DNA of 63,328 bases, filler included, from Lenisia limosa (taxonomy: Eukaryota; Protista; Breviatea), in the NCBI GenBank assembly GCA_001655205.1. It is 9 parts of 9 records of this genome, joined end to end, with 100 filler letters (N's around TTAATTAATTAA, not from the genome) between each part and the next. Parts side by side here need not be neighbours in the genome. Positions count along the whole stretch, not along the records: positions 34,740 to 39,125 come from LPNZ01006349.1; positions 39,226 to 47,929 come from LPNZ01003146.1; positions 48,030 to 50,530 come from LPNZ01009514.1; 6 more parts are not named here. One strand, given 5' to 3'. The first letter of the stretch is position 1; every line of letters starts with the position of its first letter. The notes beneath the pieces are model-generated. The model made no database searches, was not told where the DNA came from, and saw only the letters and a program-made list of their open reading frames with translations. Below, one piece after another: positions 36,102 through 48,169 of the stretch. A program made the translations under genes and the position numbers.

Positions 36102-39002
36102 ATGAGTTCTGAAAGCTTTCCACCTTCCTTCACCGTGGAAGAAGTGGATTATGTGCCAACAAAGAGAAAGCAACCATGGGGACGATGCTCATGGGTCTTC
36201 CCTCTTCCCGACCAGGTGAAAGGGGATCTTGCCCTCTCTCTTAACGCTAATAGGACGCCACCAAGCACTCTCTCTTAATACATGATCAGCAACAACTTGC
36301 TGAGCTCCAAATGACGGGAACGGTATGTTGCTGCTGGGTCTTTCCGCAGACTTATGTTACCTTTCTGACGATCAGGCTCCGAAACTGTCAAAATCGTTGA
36401 AGAAGTTTTCGAAGAATTACTCAGCTCTAGCAGTCTCTGAAAATGGTATGTTGGTCCTAAAGTGTTGTTCATTTTCTTGGCCTTTGTATACAGGTTTTTC
36501 CCAAGGCGGGCATTTAATAAATCTTCATTACTCTTGGGTTTTTTTGGAACATTAGCTTGATATATACTACGTTTATTTAGATATGAAAAATTACATAGTT
36601 TTCCAAGGGGTGGTAAACTTTGAATAAAGGGTGAAAATGTATCCCAGACTATGCCCCCTGGTAAGAGGACTCTTTGTCGCTTGATTCACTTATCAACAGG
36701 GTGTTTCATTGCCGGCGGTCTGAGTTCGGGTGAGGTTCAAGTCTGGGACAGATCAAAAGATCAGGTTCTTACGGTCACTGCCCCGGAACCGTCAGAGGAT
36801 GTTGACGAGTTCATCAAAACGTTGGATGGAAATGTTGTAAAAAAAAAAACTTCATTTCTGTTGTTTTAGTATAATATAGTATATTATTTCTATTCACCTC
36901 TGATAACATTGTGAAGTCAGACCGCTCCACTCTGTGAGATAGAGACATCCAAACACACACTTATGAATTTCCTAATACCCGAAGTAATACAACTTGTATC
37001 TGACTGAAGCCCATCATTTTCATAAAGGATACAAATGAAAAATGCCATTGCATTAGTGAAATTTTGACCTCTTCAAGGCTGAAGACTACTGGAGCTGTCC
37101 ATGACCTTCTTGCCTCTGTCGTTGACCTTCCACCTCCACAGAAGGCTCACGGTACGGGTTTTTGGCAATAATTAAATATAATATTGGGATACAAAGAATA
37201 GAGTATGTGATATAAAATTTGCACTGAGTTGTGATTGGGTGAATTAATATTTTACTCTAGTCGATTTATGATCCAATGTTGCTGTGATAGTGACACTAGT
37301 CCATCCAACTCGATATTATTGAAAGAACGCCAAACCTTTTTCTGACGTCTCAAGGACGAGGCCCTCAACAACTCTACATTAGTAACGATGGAAGCCACAT
37401 TGTTTACGTCTCGGTCACGGACAAGATTTGGGTGTCAGCAAAGGACGAAGGTAAGGACAGACCATTTTGATTCTAGGATCATAAAGATCCAGTGCTCTTC
37501 TGACATTTCAGGGCCTGGACAGTGGTTTTTAGTCCCGTCCGAAGACTTGGTTATTGAGGGAAAGAATCCTGCCTATTCCGCATGTATCACTGCTGGCTTT
37601 TGTAAATCTGGGGTATCTGGGGGTAATGCTACGCGAACTATTGCTTGACCTTGCCTCATCTCTGGAAATATCGATTATTGTTATATATAGCTATATACTG
37701 GGATATGATTTTCCCAAGAATAATCGGTCAAGACTACCCCGGTCACTGTATACCCCGGTTTATCAAGATATCCCAATACCTCAACGAAAAGAGACACTCC
37801 AAACATCTTACCTTGCAGATGGATGGCGATTCGGTAGTGATCAGTCGGGCTGTTCGGTTCAACGACCGAATATATGTGTCATCTCTCCGACTCCAGTTCC
37901 AAAGTGGGGGGAGGCATGGACAGATTGAGGTATCGAATTTTGACTTCTTTTTCAACCATGGGCTCATTCCGGTTAGTCATGTTACTTTCACGTATTGCTT
38001 AGGTCTCCATGAGGCTTTGGACTATCCCGCACACATCATACCCTCAATTATTAACAGCATTTGCTATTGAACAGTTCTCATTTGTGGTCGCATATAAACC
38101 CCCACACACACACTTCATTTCACTTTGTTTTGTTGTTATCAACCCTCGTGTGTTGTCAGCCAAAAGAATTGATTTGAGCTTTTATGTTTCATAAATTGTC
38201 CAATTTTANNNNNNNNNNNNNNNNNNNNNNNNNNNNNNNNNNNNNNNNNNNNNNNNNNNNNNNNNNNNNNNNNNNNNNNNNNNNNNNNNNNNNNNNNNNA
38301 GTGACCCTGGCAGCCTCTGTGGTTCCCCTCCATCTCTTCTGTGCTAAAGGTTGGCCGAAGGATGTCACTGATGATTAAAGTGCCACAGCTAGAATGACAT
38401 TTATCAGAGGGTCAAATAAAAAATACCTTGAGTTTCTAATATCTAAATACAACAACTCTTAACCTCTTTGATTTTGTTATTACCCGTACCCGATATATGG
38501 TCCCATAAAAGACTGATTTTCTCTCAAAAAAACCACGATAAACACCTAATATATATATTTTACCGTAGGGAAGCCCTAATTATGATCCTCCGAATGCATC
38601 GTTGCTACCATGGCATTTGTCACCAAGTAGGCCACAAAGCCGCAGCGCCCCTTTTCCTGGAAGATGGAGCCCCGCCGTCGATAGTCATGAAATACGGTGC
38701 GGGGCTGAATGTCTAAATCCGCATAATACATGCATATTTCTATTCATATGAATCAAATCTAATCAAGATGTTCCAAAAGTGCTCTTTTTGGCCGCCTACC
38801 ATTTTTTTGAAATCTGTTATTCTCGGCCAAGGCTCCCACTGTCCCGTTATAGTTGTTATTTGCAATCGTTATGGTTGCTTTGACAAGCTAACCTGCATTT
38901 AGACCGAAGCTGTGACCTTTTGGCCCTCGTTTGCAACCCGCTTCCTGTCACCGTGTCCACCTTGAAGACCACTAGACCTGACCCGTCCGAGGCCGCAGTC
39001 TT
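36102..39002 (+). CDS. CPLANE1: CPLANE1 (JBTS17/C5orf42)-like protein, N-terminal WD40-like region; 3' truncated at linker
   Basis: Spliced peptide KRKQPWGRCSW...LLIHDQQQLAELQMTG...YSALAVSENGCFIAGGLSSGEVQVWDRSKDQVLTV...QLYISNDGSHIVYVS...PGQWFLVPSEDLVI...DRSCDLLALVCN is colinear with the human CPLANE1 N-terminus as I recall it (KQKKPWPRVSW; AWLAGVLTTGELFLWNKDQD; LYVSGNGKRIVLIT; GRWSQVIPEEAV; SRDGLTLAVTLN). Confidence 0.7.
37690..37750. mobile_element. Tc1/mariner-type MITE, partial
   Basis: GATTTTCCCAAGAATAATCGGTCAAGACTACCCCGGTCACTG-TA. Confidence 0.7.
38487..38578. mobile_element. hAT-type MITE, degenerate left end
   Basis: Ends TTTACCGTAGGGAAGCCCTA, and the internal AAAAGACTGATTTTCTC block is shared with other copies. 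Confidence 0.6.
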
Positions 39003-39601
39003 AGTGGGGGGGGGGCATGTTTGTTGGGACCCAAAAGATGGTGAACTATACCTGAATAGTATGAATCCAGATTGATAATTAGGGTGGCACTCTGAATCAA
39101 AGCTCTTTCTTTCTGTCTTTTTTTGNNNNNNNNNNNNNNNNNNNNNNNNNNNNNNNNNNNNNNNNNNNNTTAATTAATTAANNNNNNNNNNNNNNNNNNN
39201 NNNNNNNNNNNNNNNNNNNNNNNNNACATTACCCTTATATATTATTAAAATATAATAGATTATATATATGAGTTACACAACCCCCCACCCCCTCTACCAT
39301 GCAAAACAAGTTGGTGTGATCAACAGAATAAAGAGAAAATGGAACAGCCTCCCTGGTGTTTCCATGATTGATGCGCACTTGATTCACGTGACTTGATGCG
39401 TGATGCGACCAGTTATGATACGATCTGCAAGTTGATTAGTAATTTGTTTTAGTAGCTGGATTATCACAATTATATATAAGTACCCCAGTGTTCCTCAATA
39501 CTTTTTTTTTTGCTGAAGCACTACAAGTTGTTAGTGATCTTACTAATAGAATAAATTAATATTTTTAAAACTTATATATAGTTTTGTTTCATTAAAGAAG
39601 A

Positions 39602-42600
39602 ATGATGCGTCCTCCTGTGGTTGTCGCTGTGGTCTTGAGCCTTCTTCTCTTTACCTACTTTCTTGGAAAGCACATGCCTGAACATTATGATGAGGTATTT
39701 TCGCAATGAGCTTATTTTACTGATACCACTATCTTAGGGCAGTTCCAAATCGGGAAAGGTGAAAAGTGAGAACATCAAATGGCACCCAAGCGTTGTATCC
39801 AAAGCAGGTAGGGTAAAAAATACTGTATTATAATGTTGTGATGTTGTGATCTATAATGTTGTGATGTTGTGATCAAAAAATTATATTCAACAGCTTAGGT
39901 TCAGAAAATCAGAAATCATGGTTTCATGGTAGATTGTATATCGTGTGTAGTATTTCACTTTAGTTCGAAAAACAGGTAAAGCATCGATAGTTTTCGAGGA
40001 TTTATCAATAAATTCAGTCTTTTTTGAACCGAAGTAAAGCCCTAATCGTGTGTCTTTTGAGTTTGAGCAATCTGATACAGCAGATCGACAGGAGCTATTG
40101 AGTCAAAGAGGCGCAGTTGTTTGGTTCACTGGTCTGCTTGCAACACTGAGAAATTATCACCACTGGACTAACCTCGGGAGTAAAGATTCTTTTGTTTTGC
40201 TGCTTCCATGCAAAAAGTGCAGTACAGCTTTATAGTCAAAAAAAATTCGATTCTTTTTGAAAATATTTTAAAACTTACTCTGCCAGGGCTTTCAGGGTCC
40301 GGGAAATCCACGATTGCCGTGGAAGTAGAGAAGAAACTTGCTCAGCAGGGTGGGTTAATAGTTAAATTTTCTGTCCCCTCTCTCTCTCTCTCTTTTATTA
40401 TTATTATTATTATTTTGCTTTTGTTGTTTTTGTTGGAGTTAAACTTTTCAGTTTCGATTTTGTAATCTCTATAAAGGGCATGTCAGTTACATTATTGACG
40501 GGGACAACCTACGTTATGGTCTCAATAGAGACCTTGGATTCAGCCCAAGTGACAGGTTAGTGGTAACTACTTTTTTGTAATTGGATTCCATTTTGATTGT
40601 CTTGTTTAGAAATGAGAACATTCGCCGAGTAAGCGAAGTTGCGCGCTTAATGGCAGATTCAGGTAAGATAGTTGGGGTTTTGTTGTTTACTTCAAATGCC
40701 TTTTAATAAACAGGTCTCATCGTACTTGCGTCCTTCATTTCACCTTATCGATCATCACGAGATGAGGCCCGTGAAATGGCAGTAGAAATGTAAGCGTCCA
40801 ACCCTTTTAACCTTTTATATATTTCCCCTGATGCTTAAAAATTTACGTGACTGATACACTCTTAGTGGCTTAGACTTTGTTGAAGTCTTTGTTGATGCCC
40901 CCTTGAGTGTTTTGACTGAAAGAGATCCCAAAGGCCTCTACAAGAAGGCTCTGTAGGATTTTATAGCAACATGAACACAAATCCTTAAATGGCTCATACT
41001 TTTTCATGTTCAGAAAGCTGTTCTAACAGTTGTAGTGATGGCAAAATTAAGCACTTCACTGGTGTTAGCGCACCTTACGAAGCTCCCCTAAACCCTGAAA
41101 TTCACATTGAAACCGATATATTGGTATGTTGCTCTGAAAATCGACATTTTCTTTTTGCAACTGAATCTCTCATAGCTTTTCCCCTTCCTCATATTTTTGA
41201 CAGACAATTGATAAAAGTGCTGAATTGGTCATTGACTTCCTCATTGCCCAAAAGACCTTGATACCAATTGATAAAAAAACAGAAGAGGTTGGCGTTTATA
41301 ATTTTTCAATATTTTTGACTGTTTAGCCATCCCGTGTTGAGGAACCTACCTTCCAAGAGCTTTCACAATCGGAAGAATCCTTGGAAAGTACGTGGCATGT
41401 CAAATGACTGCTTTCATTGTTTTAATATTATTGACTGACGCGAATATGTATCCCTTGCGCTTCTTATTTCTTGTCCTTGTGGTAATCTTTAGATTCGTTG
41501 ATGTTCCGCCACCAAGACTCGGAAGTTGTGGAGCTCTTCATGAATGATGATGAGGTTTGATTCATTTTGTCACGACAGGTATTATATTATACGATATGGT
41601 TAATTCCTACAGGTTTCTTACTTCAAGACAAAGGCGAGTACAATGCCTGTAATTGAACTAACAGATATCGACCTCCAGGTACTGGGTTTGATTGATTTCT
41701 GGACAAATTTTCACTTGTCATTTAGTGGGTACAAGTGCTCTCAGAAGGCTGGGCGTCCCCATTAAAGGGTTTTATGAGGCAAGATGAGTTTCTTCAGGTA
41801 TGCTTGCTGATATAGTGTAGTATTATTTTTCAGTCTATGCACTTCGAGTCAGTTTCCAATGAGGGCATCCTTGAGTCTCTCCCTTTTCCCATTGGTATGA
41901 CTGTTAATAAGTGCTCAGATTCTGGAACACATTTCTACTTGTAAACAAAAAAATAGATCAATTTTGATATCAATTGGGGTTGCCAAAGCAATTCCGTATA
42001 TATCACATCGAGCATTAGTTTCCCTTTGGTCACAATTTAGTTCTCCCTCTCAACAGTACTCAAAAGGCAACCCTAGATGAAGCAAACATTTGTCTTGTGG
42101 GACCGTCAGGTGTGAGTTTCTAAATTGAAAATTGAAACACTCCATGATATGTTTTGGTCAAACTACTATCTGACTTGACTAATCGATCAAGGCGAACTCG
42201 TCGCTGTCTTGATGAACATTGAGATATACCCACACGTTCTGGTATGAGAAGAATAAGCATGTTGAAAAATGGATCTCAAGCTATATTTGTCCTTATATTT
42301 CTGTTTTCATCATTAAGCACGAGAGGAGATGTCGTACATTTGGCTTAGACGATGACAGACACCCCCACCAGGTATGCTTCGGTCCATAAAAAGACTGCCT
42401 TTCTCGATATCAAATTTTTGCTGGTCTATTTCTGAAGTCCTAGGTTTGAGTAACTGTGAAGCGAAGTTTTGTACTGCTTTCTTTCTGCCTTTCTGGTAGT
42501 TAAATGATTAACCTCATAGGCTTTATTGAATAGAGGAGACTGGCTCGTTGGAGGAGACTTGAAAGTGTTTGTTGTTACTCTTGCGACATCGCTACTACTG

Positions 42601-44221
42601 GTTCTTTAAACTAGTTTTATTCGCTAGGTTTTCGCGTATCAAATGGAATGATGGACTTGACAAATACCGTTTAACACCTTTGGAGCTGAGGGATACATTC
42701 ACTGTAAGTAAAGGGTATTCAAGCTTCCCTTTCACCATATGCATATAATGGCTTTTCATTCCTATTTCTTTTGTTGAGAGAGTCACTTCACAGAAACTAA
42801 ATGCGGATGCTGTCTTCGCGTTCCAACTCAGAAACCCGGTTTGCACACCATTCTGCAAGAATCTTCTTTTTTTCAACTATCACATCATGATTAATCTTTT
42901 CCCCATTTAGGTTCATAATGGCCACGCTAAGCTTATGATGTCAACAAAAACAGATCTTCATAAGAAGGGATTTTCTAACCCTGGTATGGGGGACTAATTA
43001 GTTACTCTGTTTCCTCACGATTTGTCTCACCTTTTAGTGTTATGGTTGAGTCCTCTTGGTGGATGGACCAAATCAGATGATGTGCCTCTCTCAGGTAAGA
43101 TGCAATGTGATATAGTAGATGTTTACGTTCATGAATTTCCTAATTTGTAAGGATTGGAGGAATTACACAGAATAACAATATTAATAGTAAATATTCTGAT
43201 TGTTGAAAATACTTGTCTCTCTATTATACAAATATATTTCTTTATCTTTTCAGTGCGTATGAATCAGCATGAAGCCATTATCAGAAACGGTGAGGGCTCC
43301 CTTTATTTGGTTTTATAGTTGTAGAGGTACTTCCCCCCAACACAGTGCTTTCAATTTTCCCTTCCCCAATGCTATATGCTGGACCAACAGAAGTACAGTG
43401 GCACGCCAGAACAAGATGTTTGTGGATATTTACATAATGTTGTCCCTAAAAATAATAATGAACATATGAAAGCATGACATAATTCTCATTTCTAGTGGTC
43501 GGAGGTGCGTCTCACTATATCGTTGGGAGAGACCCTGCAGGTAAGTGGTGATTGTTTTGTTTTTTGCAAGGACTTTCTGATCTTATCCATCAGGAATGAA
43601 GCACCCTGACGGTGGCGATATCTATGACCCTGATCATGGCAAGGAAGTCTTGAGACTTTCTCCTGCGCTGACACATCTCAGCTTTATTCCATTTAGAGTG
43701 GTAAGCTGAGATGGTGACACTCGTGAAAGTCATTTCTAAGATCAGCTTGTTTGATAGGAGAAAAAGAACCACCCAGCTTAATGCCATTTGTTGATCTTTT
43801 TGTGCCAACGTTTACTATTGATGGAGAACAGCATTTTGATAATGGTGACCACTGAAGACTTGACTAACACTTGAATTCACTACTCCATTTTCTTGTGATA
43901 ACGCAACAGGTGGCCTTAGAAAAATCAACGAAGAAAATGGAGTTTGTAGACTTCAGTAGGAAAGATGACTTCCTCTTCATTTCTGGCTCTAAGGTAAGAG
44001 GGAAAAAACCAAAATAGTGCGCTCCTGACTCCTGTTATTTGGCGTTCTTATTGTGACCACTCATCCTTCAGATGAGGGCGTTTGCACGTGATGGTGAAGA
44101 TCCCCCTGAAGGATTTATGGACCCTGAAGGTACGCTTATCCGAAAACTATGTGAATATATTCCAAGTTGATAATATTTAGGTTGGGCGATCATATCCGCG
44201 TACTACAAAAGCTTAAAATGA
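39602..44221 (+). CDS. PAPSS: Bifunctional PAPS synthase (N-terminal APS kinase + C-terminal ATP sulfurylase), ~25 exons, with N-terminal hydrophobic anchor
   Basis: APS kinase motifs [33 protein letters not shown] and RDPKGLY. Sulfurylase motifs [53 protein letters not shown] and ISGSKMR. Stop TGA at 44219-44221. Confidence 0.95.
39948..40044. mobile_element. hAT-type MITE with perfect 8-bp TSD, in PAPSS intron 2
   Basis: ATCGTGTG-TAGTATTTCACTTTAGTTCGAAAAA...TTTTTGAACCGAAGTAAAGCCCTA-ATCGTGTG. Confidence 0.9.
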
Positions 44222-44447
44222 TAGCTGGAGAAGTGAGAGTCGATCGGAGTGGATCTGTGTTTATTTAGTTTAGTGCTTAGTTATCTCATGTGGTCAAATA
44301 GAATGTTTCAGATCAGAGGTGATAATTCCACGCTCCTATCTTCGCTTATATTCATTTTCACAAATATACCTCCCCACTTCTGCCGCTTCATTACCCAAAA
44401 ATTTCCCTCATCCAATAGATTTCTTGGAATGTGTATTAACAATGAGC

Positions 44448-46503
44448 TTAGCACTGCATGTTGTAGTTCTTGACCATATTTTCCATCGATGGGTATGATG
44501 ATTGAGTTCCTCGCGAGAGTACAGATACCGACTAAAAAGAATTACCACAAAAGATGATAGATAAATGACTTGGCCAAAACAAACATAATATCTTTATTAT
44601 TTGTTTTTTATCACCTGATTTATAATCACCTCAATGAGTTTCCCTCCCATTCTAGGCAATAGTCCCCTCACACCGCCACTTTTGAAGCATTGGCACAGGC
44701 CTCTGAAATGGAGAGATTTTTGCAAGTGAAGTACGCGAAAGCTCCGAGGAAACTGTCACCAGCACCTAACCATGTGATTACAAAGCAAAGGGTTGGGGTT
44801 TAATAAAATGTACCATGTATACATAATACATGTAGCACGTTTTGCTTTACCCACCGGTAGTATCAATAGCTTGGACCTTCGGCACCGGGACATGAGTAGC
44901 TTCATCATCGGTGACAACAAGACATCCATTTGACCCCAGAGTAACCTTCAAGAATTACCACTATTACGGATAGAGAAATGCTTGAATGGTGATGCTCCAT
45001 AAGCTTACGATGACTTTCTTGCACCCTAAATCAAGCATCATTTTCGCAGCGCGGGTTGCCTCTTCAATGGACTCTTCTGAAGTAGTGAGAATAAAGCAAT
45101 TCCCTCCATGCCTTTTACCGATAATTTTCACATCAACTCCAGTGATTGCAGCAAGTTCGTTTTCATTTGAGCAAACAACTGTGGCAAATGGGACTGTATG
45201 TTCAGAAGGGAAGGTAGTTCAAAATTAGGACCCCTTATATACAGCAATGAGAAATAAAAAAATAAAAATATCTGGCCGAAGCTGTCCACACCATCACGAG
45301 ATATTGGATTATAGGACCCCTTAAGAATCTCAAACAGAAAGAAATTCCACCTACTGAGCATTCTAATTGCATTCAAATCTGAAGCTGGTGCAGTGTTGAA
45401 TACAGAAACCACTCCTTCTTCTTTAGCCATTATAAGAGCTTCCTTTGTAGTTTCGGGAAGAATCTGTCAATGATGAGTTGGCATTTGAACAAAAATTTAT
45501 AGAAAACAATTGGGTGGAGCACAAATATCTTTAAAAAATCCATTCTTACCTCCATCTGGCACAGCATAACACGGGCATTCTTGATGGCATCAACAGAATT
45601 TCTAACGTCATTGGGCGTTAAAAGACTATTTGCCCCGGGAACAACAACAATGCTATTGCTGCCTATTTCAGGTTAATAAATGGCAAAGCAGAGAACTTAT
45701 AAACATATGATAGTTAAAAAAAATGAAGAAAGGAAGAGAAATGAGAAGAGTGTTTACCATTTGCGTCAACTGAAATTGGAGCCACGCCTGTTGGTGAATC
45801 AGCAGTAGACAAGAGGTACCTGTTTACTTTAGTTAATCAAGAACACCCCCAGCCTCAGTTTACAGTAATAAGATCTTTGTATCTAAAAAGCTGATGTAAT
45901 ATGATACGATGAATAAAAATCTTTTGTATTTCCTTTTTAATTCAAACTCACGTAGTTTCAAGACCAATAGAATTAAACTGTTTTCTCATGTGTTCAGCGA
46001 ACATATCCTCTCCTAAAAACAGTAACAAAATAATCACTAAATCAATTTCTCTGGATCCTGTTCAAACGGACCAAATTTCCTATTGATATTTACATAATTA
46101 CAATCACAAGGTAGTAGAATTACTGATAAGTGTAAGTTAATCTTTCAAAGGCTGATTCCACCATTTGCCAAACCTGTTTTACCGATCATGGAACATCTTG
46201 CACCCAGCTTTGCGGCTTGAACGGCCTTAAATTGTCAGACTCAAACACTAATACAAAAACTCCATGTTTCTGTCTTCTTACCTGGTTGGCACCTTTGCCT
46301 CCACAACCCATCTGAAAATCTTGCCCCATGATTGTCTCACCAATTCGGGGAAGCCTGTTGTGAGGTGAACGTCAAATGTTGAGTGAGCGAAAACCGTCTT
46401 AGCCAGCCATATCCACAATCTTTCCAAAAGCCAACCTTTCAGTGTATGTGATCAGGTCATAATTGGTTGAGCCAACAACAACAACCCCCTTGTTTTCGGC
46501 CAT
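44448..46503 (-). CDS. RBKS: Ribokinase (PfkB family)
   Basis: [33 protein letters not shown]...[15 protein letters not shown]...NTAPA...[12 protein letters not shown]...[12 protein letters not shown]. Stop TAA at 44450-44448. Confidence 0.93.
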
Positions 46504-46788
46504 AATAGATCGGAAAAATGTGTCCAAAGAGCTGAATTCTGATTATTTTTTACGATCAGTTAACCTCGTCAATATACTACTAAAAGCGTAACCTAGCGGC
46601 CTAGCGGGTCTGGGCTGGCATTTGAGACAAACATGGGGGGAACATATTGCTCCTTTATCTCCCCGAATATCCACCACTCATCCTCTTTCATGTTGGAAAT
46701 GAACTCTATAAATACTATAGATTGATTATCGAAAAAATAATAAAGATTTGATCATTAGACCGAATCATCATAACGGATATCCACTAAC

Positions 46789-47760
46789 ATGGCGCAGTCC
46801 CAACGGCCTTCCCTTGAGTGGGCATCTAGAAATCTCCCGAAACCAGATGCTCAGCTTCTAACCAATTTGGAAATTCAGAAACAAGCCCTGTGGGTGAGGA
46901 TAGAACAAACAGATCTACTGGTGTGACTCTTTCCAGTTTCCCTTTCTTACGAAACAGGCACAAACAGCGACAGGAAATTCACTTTTCGTCAACAAATGTC
47001 CAGTTCCTTTCCCGTGATATCAAATATGCCCGATCCGAGCTAAGGAAGTTGGTGGTTTGAAATTCTTTCCATGCAAAAGCAGAACATTCCTTATTTTAGT
47101 GAAAGAGAATTGCCTCTTTATTTTTATTAACCATGTAGGCAAAAACAGGACCGTTTTGCTCTGGAACTACAAAAACAGAAAGAACAAGAAAGAAATATGA
47201 ATTTGGTAAGGGTGATCGAATGCTACACGTCAATCTAAATAAGACTGAATTTCTTGATTTATATCAAGGACAGTTATCTTACTATCATCTAAGCACTGAC
47301 CCCCTTCCCAGCTTGCAGAGAATCTTCGCTGCAGAAAAGGCGTTCTATTCGAGATATTTATGCAAGCGCAGACAGCAAAAAAGAATCAGGCTAGATCTTT
47401 GGTAGGTCTTCTTGGCAACTTACCTTTTTCCATTTTGAGTATGTTCTATTTTTATTAACTTGTAGAATAACTATCGCAACTTCATCACGAACCACATTCG
47501 TCCCAGTATGTCACAATTTCAAGACAACTGTCAAGATAGCATTGATCAAATAAGTAAGCAACTCCGTTATGGAAAGGGGTTGGTGTTCTATTTGCATAAT
47601 CTTAAACTCGGACATTAACGCTATTCAATTTTTTTTAGATATCTTACAATTCGTCAGACAAAGAGACTTTGCAAATAGAAAACCAGCGTCGTGAAATGGT
47701 CCTTCTTTTCAACCAGGAATTGGAGTGGACCAAGCGGATTGAAGCAGCAAAAAGAGGGCG
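46789..47760 (+). CDS. Hypothetical Q/K/R-rich coiled-coil protein; 3' truncated
   Basis: ATG at 46789 followed by AG/GT-bounded exons MAQSQRPSLEWASRNLPKP..., HKQRQEIHFSSTNVQFLSRDIKYARSELR, QKQDRFALELQKQKEQERNMNL and ELEWTKRIEAAKRGREVAR. No recognised motif. Confidence 0.6.
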
Positions 47761-48056
47761 TGAAGTTGCAAGAGGTCGGGGGGTGTATCAACTCTACTGG
47801 AAAGTATTGGAAGGGTATGAGGCTTGTGACAATAAATGAAAAGTAACGAGTCTAAAGTATCCTCCCACACTTACTTCCAATTTCCTTTTATTTTATCATG
47901 TCATAACTCCTTTTTTTTTTTTTTTTTTTNNNNNNNNNNNNNNNNNNNNNNNNNNNNNNNNNNNNNNNNNNNNTTAATTAATTAANNNNNNNNNNNNNNN
48001 NNNNNNNNNNNNNNNNNNNNNNNNNNNNNTATTACATTCTCCAAAAGTATCCGAAA

Positions 48057-48156
48057 AAGGATTTCACTTGGGTTCAAAAAGACCAGCAAAATATATCAAT
48101 ATTTATCGAGGATATATCGAGAACTGAGGTCATTTGGGGACCGTAGGGAAACCCTA
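48057..48156. mobile_element. hAT-type MITE, degenerate
   Basis: GGATTTCACTTGGGTTCAAAAAGAC ... GGACCGTAGGGAAACCCTA. A further partial copy lies at ~49733-49800. Confidence 0.6.
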
Positions 48157-48169
48157 AATTGAGAACTAA

